Below are positions 41,201 through 56,129 of a stretch of DNA of 64,000 nt, piece by piece. Within the stretch, counting starts at the first letter, position 1, and the number at the start of each line of letters is the position of its first letter. This stretch comes from an uncultured virus (IMG/VR IMGVR_UViG_3300022661_000087) (Duplodnaviria > Heunggongvirae > Uroviricota > Caudoviricetes), in IMG/VR virus record IMGVR_UViG_3300022661_000087; one strand, written 5' to 3'. The notes below the pieces were generated by a model. It did no database searches. It was not told where the DNA came from and saw only the letters and a list, made by a program, of their open reading frames with translations. The position numbers were made by a program, and so were the translations under genes.

Positions 41201-44200
41201 ATCAGTTCAGTATAGGGAGCTATTGATGTTTTTAATAATCCTGATGCAACAGCTTGGGATAAAATTAGTGCAGTAATCAGTGTTGTAATCGGTATTTTAC
41301 CAGTTGCATCAACTTTAATGACAATGTTTGGTACTACTGCAGCAACAGCAGGTGCAACTGCGAGTGCGGGTATGACCGCTGCGTTAGGTTCAATTGGTTG
41401 GATTATTTTAGCAGTAACAGCATTGATTGCAATTTTTATTGCTTTAGGTTCTGCGATAGCAGCAAATTCTCCAGAAGGATAGCTGAAGAGTGCACAAGAA
41501 GCCACTGAAAAAACTGCACAAGCGGCACAAAATGCAAAAAGTGCTTATGAAGAATTGTTAGCTACTATCAATAGATATGATAGTGCAAAAGAATCGTTAG
41601 AAGGATTAGCTAAGGGTACCGAGGAATATACGGAAGCTCTCATGGAGGCTAATGCTGCGGCAAGAGAATTAATTGATACTTATGAATTAACAAGTGATTA
41701 GTTCCATGTGGATGAAAATGGTTTAATTCAAATTGATGAAAATGCTCTTTAGACAAAGAAAGATGAACATCGTGAAAGAGTTGAAAAAACTTCTAGTGCA
41801 TTAACAGGCGCTTAGAAATATGAGAATGAAAAAGAAGACGATGTTACTATTTCTAATATTCGAAAAGAAGCTAATAAGGATTCCATGTATTATGGGTCTG
41901 ATTATTAGAATTATTTAATCTCTGATACTAATATTGAAACTGTATTAGCTGCGGCCAGAAATGCAGAAGGTGGTTCTGATGCTTATTTCGCTGAAGGTGA
42001 AAAAAATATTGCAGCAACAATGGGATGGGACCCAGATGCATTAACAACTTATTAGCAAGATTTTATAAATGCATTAATGGAAAATTCCGCGGCCCTATCT
42101 GAAGCAAATGCAGCAATTTTAGCAAACGCAGCGGCCAATGAAGCTGCTACAAAAGCATAGTTGGCGCAAAATTTGAGTGATGAAACTGCATTTTAGGACA
42201 GTGAATATCAAGATGAGTTATTAGAAGCTGCATTAAATACTCAAGGGACTGAGGAATCAGAAGCTCAAGATAAGCTTGACGGAATGACTCAAGACCAAAT
42301 GTATGATGCTTATGCTGAAATGATGGGCTATACCAATAATGGTATAGGTACTTGGTTAGATGGTAAGCAAGAGTTCTTGGATGCTGACGGAAATCCAATT
42401 GAGTTAACTCCAGAGCAAGTAGAAGCTCAAATGCGTGAAATGTACGCGCAAGAGGGTATGGAAGAAAATGCATTAAATCTTGTAGATACTATGAATCAAG
42501 TAATGGCACGAGCTGATGAAAATAAAGGTGTTATTAGTACTGCTATTACTGGAGATACAGAAAAATTAACTATTGGTTAGTAGGGTATGAGTGCAGATGA
42601 AGTTGCTGCTATGGTTACTGATGAAGAAGCTCAAGCGATGGGCTTTGAAAGTGCGGCAGCTTTTGGAGAATCATTTGCTTCTGCTACAGAGAGCTTTGCT
42701 GGTGAATGGCAATCTTTAATGGGAAATTATGTTGACTCCGTTTCTGATTAGATGCAAACCATGTTTGATAATGGAGAGTTAGATAATCTAACTCTTGGAC
42801 AGTCAGAAAATTTAGCAAATGCTTTTGAAACTGCATATGCAACTAGTGGATAGGCTGGTATGGATGTATTGGCTAAGATGTTTACTGATGCTGGTGAATA
42901 TTCTGACGAATTTGCAAATGCTCTTGGAACTATAGACTGGAGCACTGCTACCCCAGAGACTTTACAAGACGCATTGGATGCCGCGGGTGTTGCTACTCAT
43001 TATACTGCTGATGAATTAAATAATTTAATTAATGTAATGAACGAAGGAGCTATGGGCTTCGAAAATGCTGCAAATAAATATAAAACATTATCTGAGATTG
43101 TTGATTCATTAAAATCTGGTGATACTATTACAGCTGAGCAATTTAAAGAATTGGGTCCAGGTATGGAAGATTATTTCATGCGAATGGCTGATGGTACTTA
43201 TAAATTAATTGGTGATGCAGAAGCTTTCTATGCTGCTGTTAATGAATAGTAGTTGGAAGGTTTTGAAAATACAATTACTGCAAAAACTGAAGATAATGCA
43301 GAAATTGAAAATGTATTAAATCATGATATTAGCTCTTTGGGTAAGATGGATAGTACTACAATGGGTGGTCATGTTTACACTGGAAATGGACAATTTGTTT
43401 AGAATACTGATGTAGCTAATGCTCAATTAAATTTCTTAGAGTAGACTGGCTATGACCCCGCTCAAGTTCAACAATGGCGTGATGATATGTAGGCTGGCAC
43501 TTTAGATGTTAAAGCATTGACAACTGCTGTGAATGAACAAACAACGTCTCTTGGCGGAGCAGCAGCTGCAGAAGAATATTTAACACAATAGCTGGATGCT
43601 AATAATACAGAAATTGAACAAAGTAAAGAGGCTATTGCATCTACGGCTACATCTTTAGATGAATTAGATTAGATGTTGCAAGATGGTAAGATTTCTGTAG
43701 AAGCATATGATAAAGCTGCCTAGGGTGCTTTTGAAAAAGAAGTTGAAGCTGAGGGTTTCGACACTGAAGAACTTAATAATTATGTTGATGCATTAATTGA
43801 ATCTGGTAAATTCTTAGAAGAAAATCGACAAGAAGCTCAAAAATTTGCTTTAGCTCAGTATCGGATGGAAAAAGGATGCACTGAGTTGGTTGAAAGTTAT
43901 GAAGATTGGGACAAAGTTTTATCAGATAATGAAGCTAGTTTAAAAGATATTAATAAAGTTATGCCAAAAGTAAATTCTATGTTACAAGATATGATGGACT
44001 TATCTGATGAAGAATTTGCTTTATTACCAGATAATTTTGCTCAAGATAATTGGAATTTAATTCAAGACGTTTATAATGAAGTTGATGGAGCTTATGAAGC
44101 TTTAAGAGCAAAAATAACAGAAGAAATTGTTATGAAGGTTGTACTTGATGAATCTGCTTAGGGTCAAGTTATGACAGAAGTTAATAATTTTTTAGCCAAT

Positions 44201-47200
44201 GTTAATTTGGATGATATTGAAGTTGGAGCAACTTTAGATTCCACTGGATTTGCAGCTGGTTTATAGGGATTATTGGATTCTGGCGCAGTAACTGTAGAAC
44301 AAATGAATGACATTTTATCAGGTATTGGTTATGAACCAATTATTGAATATGAACAAGTAGCAGTTAGTTCTTTTGCCCGTCAAAGCCAATAGGGTTATAT
44401 TCAAGTTGCAGGTGTTGATGGAAGCATTGAATATGTGCCAATTACATCTGACATGGATATTAGTGGTGAACAATATGTATATGTTCCAAAAATCGGTAGT
44501 TCTAAATATAAAGGCGGCGGTGGTGGTGTCGCTGATGCTAAAGCCAATAAAGGCGGTGGCGGAGGAGGCGGTGGCGGCTCCAAGCCAAAGAAAGCCGACA
44601 AAGTAAAGAAAACTGATGTTGTTGACCGATATAAAGAAATTGACGATAAACTTGATGACATTGCAGATAAAATGGATGATGCTTCTAAGGCTGCTGACCG
44701 TCTATGGGGTCCTGCACGTTTAAAGCAAATGAAAAAAGTTAATGATGCTTTAGAAGAAGAAATTGATGCATTAAAGAAAAAACGAAAAGAAGCACAAGAT
44801 AATCTTGATATTGATAAAAAAGCTTTGAAAGATACTATTAGTGCAGAAGCAGGAGTTACAATTACAGACGCAGATTTTGACGCAGAAGGCAATTTCACTA
44901 GATATGATGAAGTTTTAACTGATTTATATAATGAAATTGATGCTGCTATAGAAGCGGCCAATGCTGATGGTAATGCTGATGAAGATGAACAAGAAAAAAT
45001 TGATAAAATTCAAGAGCGTATTGATAAAGTAAAAGAAGCAATTGACCAATATGATGAAACTCGTGAATTAATTGAAGATTTAGACAATGATATTCAAGAT
45101 AAAATTTACGAATGGCAAGATAACAATTATGAACAATTAAATTATAAACTTGAATATGAAATTGAAATTAATGATTCTGAACTTGAATTATTAGAATATT
45201 ATATGGGCAAAGCTGAAGGTAATATTTATAAAACTGCAGAAGCTTTTGGATATTTAGCTGGACAAGCCGATATTTATACTGATAATTTAAAGCATCAAGA
45301 AGAATATGTTAATGAATTAACTAGGGCTTATTATGCTGGTGAAATTTCTATGGATGCATATAAGGAAGGTTTGCGTGAAGCTCAAAGTGCAACCATTGAA
45401 AACTTATAGGCATTAGAAGAACAAAAGAAAGCTATGCAAGAGTATTATGGTGAAGTAATGGATATGGCTCTTGAAGAAATTTCTTTGTATACAGATGAAA
45501 TGGAAGAGTTAAATTCTGTTCTCGACCATTATTCTAATATTCTTGAATTAGTTGGTAAGCAAGAAGATTATGCAACCAAGGGTAAAGTTTTACAATCCAA
45601 AGCCGCAAATCTTCGCAATGAAATGCAAGTCCAACAAAAACTTTATGAAAAGTCTAATGCCGAAGCTGAAGATTGGGCTGCTAAAATGGCAACAGCAATT
45701 GAAGGTTCTAATGAGTATGAAACTTATAAAAAGAATTGGATTGCGGCCCAAGAGGCAGCTAATGAAGCTCAAGAAAATATGTTAAGTAAGACTGAAGAGT
45801 GGGCTGAAGCAATGAAGGCAGTTATTGAAAATGAATTAGCTGGATTAGCTAAGACCATGGAAGAGTCTTTAACGGGCGGAACTTCATTTGATGAGTTATT
45901 AACTTCTATGGAGCGCCGCAGTAGTCTACAAGAAGAATATCTAACAACTACAAATCAAATTTATGAAACTAATAAATTGATGCGTCAAGCTCAACAAGAA
46001 ATTGATAAAACTACTAACTCTGTAGCAAAGCGAAAGTTGGCTAATTTCATTAATGAAACAGAATAGATGCAAAATCAAACTGAGTTAAGTCAATATGAGT
46101 TAGATATCCAGTAGGCCAAGTATGATTTACTTTTGGCTGAAATTGCATTAGAGGAAGCTCAAAGTGCTAAATCTACTGTTCGCTTACAGCGCGATAGTGA
46201 AGGCAATTTTGGTTATGTTTATACTGCGGACCAGTCTGCGGTCGGTGAGGCCGAACAAGAATTGGCAGATAAGCAAAATGCTCTTTATAATCTTGGATTA
46301 GAAGGTGCTAATGATTATAGTCAAAAGTATGCTGAAACCATGCAAGAAGCTCAAGATGCTATTACTGAATTAACAGAAATGTGGATGAATGGTGAAATTG
46401 AGTCTGAAGAAGAATATCAAAGACGCAAGGCTGAAATTCAGGATTATTATTATGAGAAATTAAAGCAATATTCAAGCTTATATCAAGTAGCATTAACTAC
46501 TGATAGTAATGTTATCAAAGATGCTTGGAGTACTGACTTTAGTGATATGATGTATAAGACTGAAGATTGGAAAGTCGCAACTGATGATTACTTTGCCGGA
46601 GCTGCTGAAAGCATGAAGACCTGGGCTGAAGTTTGTGGAACCGTTCTTGAGGAATCTGGTCTTGATGACGTAAGTAAAAAGGTTGAAGAAATCAATACCA
46701 AGAGTGAGAATTTGAAAAATACTCTAATTGGTGAAGATGGCGAGAGCGGCGTTGTTGGTGCAATGATGTCTGAAGTTGAAGCTGCGGGTAAGTTAAGTGA
46801 AGCTTATATTGGCATTCAAAATCAAATTGATGAAGTTATTAAGAAGTATGAAGAAATGATGGGTGTAATTAATGAAGATTATACCAATGAAAATACTCCT
46901 GAAGTTACTCCTGCGATTACTCCAGACCCTGAACCCGAGCCAGAAGAACCAGTTCCTGAACCAGAGCCTGAACCTGAGGAGGCCACTGTTCCTGAATTAA
47001 AGGTTGGTTCTACAGTTACCGTTAAGAAGAGCGCAAGCAGATGGGCTACTGGAGAAGGTATTTGGAATCCAGTTAAGGGCAACAATTTCAAAGTTAAGAA
47101 AATTAATGGAGAAAAAGTTCTTATTGGAGACCCTTCAGGTCCTAACTATAGTGCTTCTGGCATTACAGGTTGGATTAAGAAAACTGACCTAGAGGGCTTT

Positions 47201-47539
47201 GCTACTGGTGGCTACACTGGAGACTGGGAAGGTTCTTATGGTAAGTTAGCAATGTTACACCAAAAAGAATTGGTGCTAAATGCAAATGATACTGAAAACT
47301 TCTTGCAAGCAATGGATATTCTTGATAAGATTGTTTCTGCTATTGATTTGTATAGTATGAATTCTCAGCTTGGTGGAGCTTTATCTAGTCCGTCTCTTGG
47401 AAATATGGGCGGTGGAGATGTCCTTGAACAACAAGTACATATTGAAGCTAGTTTCCCAGGAGTACAAGATAGAAACGAAATCGAAGAAGCATTTAATACT
47501 CTTATCAATAGAGCATCTCAATATGCTAATCGTAAATAA
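38264..47539 (+). CDS. Tape measure protein (about 3091 aa, many TAG)
   Basis: All track fragments share one frame with ATG 38264; TP901-type region (GTALKTIFARIQ); Ala-rich helical; C-terminal GFATGGYTG. Confidence 0.85.
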
Positions 47540-47545
47540 ATTTTT

Positions 47546-47580
47546 GGGTAGGTTATAGAAATATAACCTACCCTTTTCTT
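47546..47580 (+). terminator. Rho-independent terminator
   Basis: GGGTAGGTTATA/TATAACCTACCC plus T-run. Confidence 0.75.
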
Positions 47581-47663
47581 TATTTGGTCTAATTAAAAAA
47601 ATTGACTTTTCACAAATTTTATAGTATAATAGATTAAGGAGAGAAAGGAGAGTTTGAGTATTT

Positions 47664-50600
47664 ATGGCAATTGAAGTTGATAATCTATTTCAAGCACTAG
47701 ATATTATTTTAGATTAGCGCTTGCAAAATATGAATTATGATAAAACCGATGTTTGTATTATTACTGATGATAGAGATGCTAAAAATGGTCACTATTGGGT
47801 TTCTCCAAACAATGGTGAAACTAGATATGAAGCATTTAGTGAGTCAGAAGAATATAAAAAAGGTGAGAGTGTCAGAGTTTCTATTTTAAATGGAGATTAT
47901 ACTCAAAAGAAATTTATCGTAGGTAAATATGTAGTAGATGATGCTATTACTCCCATTACTTATGTTTCTCCTCTAGATACGGTTATTGATGTTACTGGAA
48001 ATATGATTAGTGAAGCCAAAGCTAATGCTCAATATGGTTTAATTTCAAATGGTACAGTATCAGAAATTCCGATTTGGAGTGCGGATTTGGCTTTAGACCA
48101 ATCTTATAAAGATTTACAAGCCAGTGGCATTTATAATACTATTAGTTTATCTGCTAATTTTAAAACTTTATTAGATAACTATGATATGCGTTCAGGCTCT
48201 TTTGGATTGCGCCTAGATGTATATGTAAAATTAAATCCAAGTAGTGAAAAATATATTGTTCGCTCTGTGTATATGGATAGTTCTGAAATGTTTGGTAATC
48301 CATATGCTTTTACACTATATTCTCCCCAGAGTAGAAAATATGATTTAAGTCAGCTTGGTGCCGTTGAAAAATTAAGTTTATGGTTTTATCAACGAGGAGA
48401 TTTTTCTTATTATGATTCAAATCAAAGACAAACAGTTAATATTGATTATAAAAAAATTCCAAGAGAAAATATTTTATTGAGAGATATTAAAATTGGATTT
48501 GGTAGCGATTTGACTATTGTTCAAGATAATACAATTCAAGCTTTTACAACCAATTCTTCTACTTATAGATTAATTGTTACTAAAGCAGATAATGAAAAAG
48601 GATTAGGATTTTTGTGGTATAACAAAGATGAAAACAATCAATATTTGGGATACAGCGATGGCATTGTTGATTTTGAATATAAGGATGGAAATGTTGTTTA
48701 TACCAATAAGCTTGATAAAAATTAGAATAAAGTAACTCAAGATGTTCTTGATGAAAAGAAACGAGCTATTTTAGAATTTGCTAAGGATGATAAGGATAAT
48801 GTTATCCTAGTCTCTGTATTAGATGATGATGGATATGAAATTTCTTTTGATGATTTAAAAATCACTATTGACGATGCTTTAATCATTTTAGCAAATGAGG
48901 TTAGTAATTTAAAACTCCAATTACAAATTCAATATGACAATGAAGAAATTGGTTTTAATGAGTTCATAGCTCGTAAATCAGATATTGATAATTATGAGCG
49001 AGTTAAACGGACTTATCTTAATACTAATTATTCTAATGAAGAGCTTGAGCAAGCTATTGAGAGCCAGCGTAGTGCAGAATTGGAGGGTTTAAGATTACAA
49101 TTCGAAGCTGGTGCTTTTGGCGAAGGCGATGAAGCAAATTAGAGATATAATAAAGAAATAGCAAAAGTTAATGATTTATATAACAATAAGCGTGCTGAAT
49201 TAAGAAATTATAGAGTTCAAAAAACCTATGTTCTTTAGAAGAAATAGCAAGATGTAATGATACAAAAAGTCGCTCCATATGATGAGTTTAAATATATGGA
49301 AGAAAGCGAAACAGATGCTCGTTTAACCGCACAAGCCGGCAAAGAAGGCGTTCCTTCTGATGCTAAGAGTTTAAAATTATCTGCAGATTTGGCTGAAGTT
49401 AAGCCTTTAATGACTAAAACTTTTGATTTAGTTACCAAAGATTTAACTGCGGTGCTCCGTCAAATGCGCGACCGCACGAACTCTATCGCAGATATCACTA
49501 CGGCTTTAAATGCATTACTATTAACTCCTACCAAGGATGCCGCAGGACAAATCCACGGTACGGAAAGAAATAACATTCTTGCTTGGTATGATTTTACTGA
49601 TGCAATGAGAGAAGAAATGTATGGTGTTTATACAGAACTTCTAGAATATAATTATTTACATTAGGAAAATTTAAAGAAACTTCCTGCAGAGCAAGAAACT
49701 GATGCTATCCTTAGAGAGAAAATGGGAGAGCATTTACAAGCTTGGAATAAATCTGATTTATATTTAAATATTCAAAATAGTTTTAAGTCTTCTTTAATTC
49801 CAATGATAACTAACTTTTTTACAAATGCTCAAACTACAATTGATGCAAATTATAGTGGTTATCAAGGTATTTATGATACTTATAAAACTAAGGCTGATAA
49901 AATAATTGTTCAAATTAATGAGAATTTAAATAAAATGTGGGCAATTGTTGATGACAATAATGCTATTATGGTAGACATGAGACCTTATAATAATGGCCGC
50001 GTATATTTAGATTATAATAAAAAAGATTTATCTAACTATGATAATCGTTATGCAATCTATTGGTATAGATATGAGCCTGGATACACAAGTGATGATAGAT
50101 TATATCCAACTGAATGGAAACGTTTAACGACAAAAGCTGATTTCGGTATTGATGAGTCTGATGAATTAGTATATAACTTTGGATTACCAATTTATGATGA
50201 TTTTGTTTTAAGAGATGGACAATACTATTTTTCTGATAAGGTTCAAGGAACCAATGTCTCTGCAATTCGCATGATGGATGGACAGAGAGTAAATGAAAAA
50301 TATAAAATTGTTTTATTCTATAATCACGAAATGTATGAAAGTAATGAAGTAGAATTTACTAATTTAGATGATGTAGTTGACCCAACCACAGCAGATAAGA
50401 ATGATGCTATTGTTATTACTCACGGCACGAATTCACAAGATACTTACCAGAGTTATGGTTTAAGTAATTTCTTGGTAAATGCGGCCGACGCAAGTAAGGT
50501 GCGAGAATTATCTGTGCATTATGAAGGTATTCTTGCAGGAGATGAAGCTTTAGCTAATACACAAGTATATTGGTATATTCCAAATACTGCTACTATGTTA

Positions 50601-53600
50601 ACTTGCGATGATAAGCATTTAACTGAAACTTTAGGTTTTTATTCTGATTTAAATATTTCAGACGGAGAAAAACCTGATTATAGTAGAAATGGTTATACTT
50701 GTTATTATAAAACAATTGGTGTAGAAACAGTGCAAATTACAGATGACCCAGAAACAGAAGAGGTTGAATCTGGAGAAAAAGTTACTGCAAAAGCAAGTGA
50801 TTTAACATTCACTTATAAGATTAAAGATTATTATTTATCTACCTCAAGCCGCAATGAAATTTTCTGTAAGGTAGTAAAGGATGAATATACATTTGAGACA
50901 AGTATTGTTTTGGCATTTACGTCTCTTGGAACCAGTGGTACTGATTATACATTGGCAATTACTCCTTCTACAACTCAAATTGCAACTTATGCTTCTGGAT
51001 ATTTGCCATTAAATATTGTTTTATATGATTATAAAAATAATACTATTCCTATGACTACAAATTTATTATCGACAGTAAAAGATGGAGCATCTAACTTTAA
51101 GTTAGGTTGGGAAGGACCACACTCCTATGATTTTGCTACATTATCTGATGCCGATGATAATATCGTTGGAGCGAATATTCAATTAACAACTTAGCCATAG
51201 GATAATAATAGTTTAATTTATGGTGTTTTAAAAGCAACTGTTGATTGCCCTATCGAATACACTGTAAATACAGAAGAGGATGAACAAGAAAATAAGGAAA
51301 ACGCTAATAAAACAGCAAGTAGAAATGCAACTTTAACTTCTTATTATCCAATTCCATACAGTGCTGGTAATTACTATATTGAAGGTGCAACAACTATTGT
51401 TTATGATAGTATGGGAAGTAATCCTTCTTATTATAAAGACCCATATAAGATTTTTACTTGTAATACAAATGAAAACCTTGCAGACAAGAAGATTATTCGT
51501 GCAGGTGTGGAATCTGATAAGCCAAAATATGATATCCTGTGGCGAATTGTTTATTATAAAAAAGATAAAGATGGTAAGGTTGTAAAACTAGATAAAAATA
51601 TCCATGCTGATTATAATATTTGTCGTAGTTATATGCCCACTTTAAATGAGAAAAATGGTTTAAATGCATCAAATATGTACATGGGCAATATGGATTGTTG
51701 GTGCGCAGTTGAGTGTTGGTTAAAAGACCTTGAAACTGCTACTTATGATACTAAATATTCTTTAATTTGGGTTCAACCTATTTTTATCTTACAAAATCGC
51801 TATCCGTCTCCAATGCTGAACTCTTGGGATGGAAGCTTGACAATTGACAAAAAAAATGGTACAATATTATCATCATTAGTAGGTGCTGGTCGAAAAACTC
51901 GTGATAATACTTTTGAAGGTGTACTCATGGGAGATATCGAAGGCAGTGCCGGAATCGTAAATGCTGGTAATAAATCTGGTTTAGGTATTTATGGTTTTAA
52001 TGATGGCGCTCAAAGTTTTGGTTTTAATGTCGATGGTACAGGTTTTATTGGTAAATCTGGTAGAGGTAGAATTTTATTTAATGGTAATGAAGGTATTATT
52101 CAAAGCGCTTCTTATACAGCAAATGAAGATAAACCTTATGGTATGAAACTTGACTTTGATGATGGTTGGCTTGAAATGCGAGGCGGCCTAGAGTATGATA
52201 ATGATGATTGGGCAAATGAGGTTGTCAATCATTATAAGGAAATCCTTGCCGCAAAAGTATATAAAGTTGATGAAAATACTCAAGCATTAGTAGCAACTAC
52301 AAAATATATTATTGATAGAGATATAATGGATTTGGATGTTCAAGAAGCATTGCTTGAAAAGATTAAGTATGATGCTGCTCATCAAGCAAATATGTATATT
52401 GAGGGTCGAGCCATTGCCAAAAAAGCTAAAGATAACGGAGAGATAACTCAAGAAGAATATCAAAAGTTATTTGATGAGCTTTATGCTAAAGAGCAAGAGA
52501 AAAAATACTATGCAATGACTACATTAAAAACTGCTAGTATTGGAAGAGGTTTCTCTATTAATGACAAAGATTATGAATTAACCATAGAACAATATAATGC
52601 TATTTTAAATGAATTAGATGAATATATTTTAGCAGAAACTTATGATGGTGAATTAAAAACTGATGCTGAAGGTAGAAAATTTAATTATAAGAGTAGATAT
52701 GGTACTCTTTCTAAAGCTTTACAAGAGTTTGAGGCTCAAGGTCATAAAGTTCTTGGAGATTCAGAAGAAGCTAGTGATGTTACTTTAACTGAAGTTGAGG
52801 TTACAAATCAAAGTCATATTCGTTTAGATGTTAAATCTCCTTATTTCTATATTATTAGCGAATAGGGTAAACGTATTTTAAATATTGGTGATGGCACTGG
52901 ATTTGACTTTGAAGATTATCCATATTTACAATATTCAATTGAAAAGTTCCAGCGAGATAAAGATGGAACAATTCTTTTAGTTAATTTAACTGATGAAACT
53001 GGTTCAACTATTAAAATTGAAGATATAGATGAGGCTAAAGAATTATTAAATTCTGAATGTTCAATTTTAAGAAGTGATGCTTATAATCGTTTTTAGATAA
53101 AAAAGAGCATTACTCAAAAAGATTATGATAATATTTGTTTAGATATTGAGGATTATCGTACTAAGAAATTAGCATATTTAAATACTTGGACAGAAGAAAA
53201 TGCTGAAACTTTTATTGATAAGACTTATGAAGTTGAATATATTCAAAAAACTGGTTTTATTGGTACTGGTACACAAAAAACGAATTGGCTTGAACCTTAT
53301 GGAAGAAACCTTTCTAAAGGTTATTATTTAAAATCTAATGATTTTACTTATACTGCTTTTAGTAAAGAGGATGGTATTGCAAGCGGTCAAGGTTCAGGCT
53401 TTTTACTTGATTTAACAAATGGACACATTAATGCAGCAAATTTAAGCATTGCTTCAAAAAATGTATTTATTGATTCTGGTAAAAATGCTGACCCATTTTT
53501 TATTATTAAAGATAATGATGGATGTAATTTAATTTATGCTGGACAATAGGATTTTTATATTCAATCTCATACATATTCAAGATATGCTCTTGGAGATAGG

Positions 53601-55307
53601 CTAACTGATGATAATGGTAAACAATATTATTATCCAGGTATGAAAATTGATACTGATGGAAATAATTTTTTATTTGATATTAGAGGTAATTATCAATCAA
53701 TAGTAAATATTAATAAGGATGAATTTTTCCTGCAAACTGATAATTATAAAATTCGAGAATATATTACTATAACAAAGTGTTATAATCAAGATTATAGTAT
53801 GAGTTTTGATATACAGGTCGGTAAAGCTGAAAAAGGACATATTATTTATACTGCACCAAATTTTAATAAAAAAAGTGAAAATGTTACGACTGAAGAACAT
53901 ACTTCTATTACTTTATATGAAAGTAAAAAAATTGATGGAATAATGTGGTATAAAATTAACACTGAGCAATGGATACCAGCATTATCTTTTGAATCGATTG
54001 AGGTAAATGATGAAGGTATTGGTACTGGTATAACTTATTTAAACCAAATTATTTATAGCGATTCTGATTATAATTCTATTAAAGTTGGTTTTACCAAAGA
54101 TTCTCATGTTGCAGGTGTTAATATTTAGGCAACTAGAGCAGTTGATGGAGTAGAGTGGTATGCTATTGAAGTACTTGAAGTTGAACATTGGCTACCTGAT
54201 TATTCTATTAAAACTGGTTCTTATGGTTCTGGTATTAGATTGGATTTGTAGGGTGGCTATATTGATGCTTATGATTTTATTATTCGAGGTGAATCTAGCA
54301 CAGACCCCACTGCAGGTTCTTATTTATTATTAGATAGTTAGACTCCGCAATTTGTAGTTCATTTAACTACTCCAGACAGTGATGGTATAATTGATTTAGA
54401 TTTAATTAAAATTTCTCCAGATGAATTTTATTTACATTCTGCAAATTGGTTAGAAACTACTACTCAAGTCACCACTTAGCGGACAGCTAAGATGGACGGC
54501 GGCTGGAATATTAGAAGCGGTCCTGGTATGGATTATTCTATTATCGGTTATTCTTCAAGTGGAAAAAGAGTGGTTGTATATGAAAAGCAGGGAGATTGGT
54601 ACTGTATCGGAGAAGACTAGTGGATTTGGTATGAAGGTTTAACTGATTTTCAAGAAGGTGGAACCGCAAATAAAACTTATGGCACTGGCATGGAAATTGA
54701 TTTAAATGATGGTCGTATTACTGCATACAATGCCAATAATGCGGGTAAAGAATTATTAATTAATTCATTACATGATACATATCCAATTTAGCTAGGAGAA
54801 ATTGGAGATTATAATTTCCAAATTGGTTGGGATGGTAGTTTAAAGGGCGGTAGTATTTATGGTTGGAGTATTGATGCAAGTGGTACTGCTACGTTTAATC
54901 GTTTGAATGCTAATGGTGGTGTTTTAAGTTGGATGTCTATCGGCAGTGCTAATATTTATGATGTTGATATTACTTCTGGCACAATTGCAGGTATGGACTT
55001 CACTACTGGAGGCATTACTGCAGGAGATTGGAATTTTAGTTCTAATGGATTAAGTCATAATGGAAAAGCAATGGAAAAGAAAACTTATGATTCAGTGCGC
55101 TATATGTCTTTATGGACAAAAAAAATACCAGTAAGTGTTAGCGGTAGTTGCTCAATCGAAATTGATGGAGCTACTTATTATGGCTCATGCTCTGCTAGTG
55201 GAAATACTACTGAAGATGTAGGTTATAGAATTGGTTATGTAAAAATGATTTATAATGGATATGGAGAAGAAGGTCAAGAGTCTGCAGTTGTATTTACACC
55301 AGCATAA
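47664..55307 (+). CDS. Giant tail-tip/host-recognition protein (about 2547 aa, TAG read-through) with SH3b-like domains
   Basis: Fragments 47721, 49257, 49722, 51411, 53640 and 54903 in frame with ATG 47664; NIRSGPGMDYSIIG..GDWYCI. Confidence 0.75.
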
Positions 55308-55316
55308 GGAGGATTT

Positions 55317-55685
55317 ATGACAAATTTAGAAATTTTAAATTTTAATGAATTATATAAACAAAATTTTCAAGAATTTGATGAATTATTACCAGCAAAAATT
55401 TTGTTTTATATTTATAAAAATTTATCATTAATTGAAATATCATTACATCATATTGAAAATACTAGAAATAGTATTATTCGTAAATATGGTTTAATTGATG
55501 AATCAAAAGATACTATTCAAATTCCTCCAGAATTAGTAAATGAAGCTAATAAGGAATTAGAAGAAGTTTTAAAAATGGAATAGGAAATTAATTTTTTTTT
55601 AATTCCTCTTTCATGGTTTGATAATATCAATCTTAATCCAAAGCATATGAAATTATTATGGATTATGATTGATGAAAATAAATAA
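55317..55685 (+). CDS. Small tail-region protein, paralog of the next gene (TAG read-through)
   Basis: Aligns end to end with 55700-56068. Confidence 0.75.
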
Positions 55686-55699
55686 AGGAGAAAAAGGTT

Positions 55700-56068
55700 A
55701 TGACTATGACAAACTTTGAAATTTACAATATCGCTAAAGCTATGAGTGACGCCTTCCAGGATGGCACTCAGTATCTACCCGTTAAAGTAAATTTTTTCAT
55801 TCAGAAGAATAAAGCTACTTTAATGTCTTTAGCACAAGATATTGATAATTCTCGTATTGAGATTGTTAAGAATTATGGTACTATGGATGAAGAATCCAAT
55901 CAGTTTATTGTACCAGAAGATAAGATTGAAGCTGCTAACGCAGAGTTGATGGACCTGTTTAATATTGAGCAGGAAGTTGATATTCGTAAGGTAAGCATTG
56001 ATTCTTTCCCCGAAGATATTAATCTAACCACTGCTCAAATGGAAGCTTTAATGTTTATGATTGACTAA
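55700..56068 (+). CDS. Small acidic protein (DUF1617-like)
   Basis: LPVKVNFFIQKN..RIEIVKNYG; terminator at about 56076-56104. Confidence 0.7.
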   Translation: MTMTNFEIYNIAKAMSDAFQDGTQYLPVKVNFFIQKNKATLMSLAQDIDNSRIEIVKNYGTMDEESNQFIVPEDKIEAANAELMDLFNIEQEVDIRKVSIDSFPEDINLTTAQMEALMFMID

Positions 56069-56129
56069 TAAATATTAGGCCAGGTAAATTCTTACCTGGC
56101 CTAACTTATTGCAGAGAGAAAGGAGATTA

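Noticed and set aside
44513..44580. GGC/GGT repeat tract
   Set aside because: Encodes a poly-Gly linker in the tape measure
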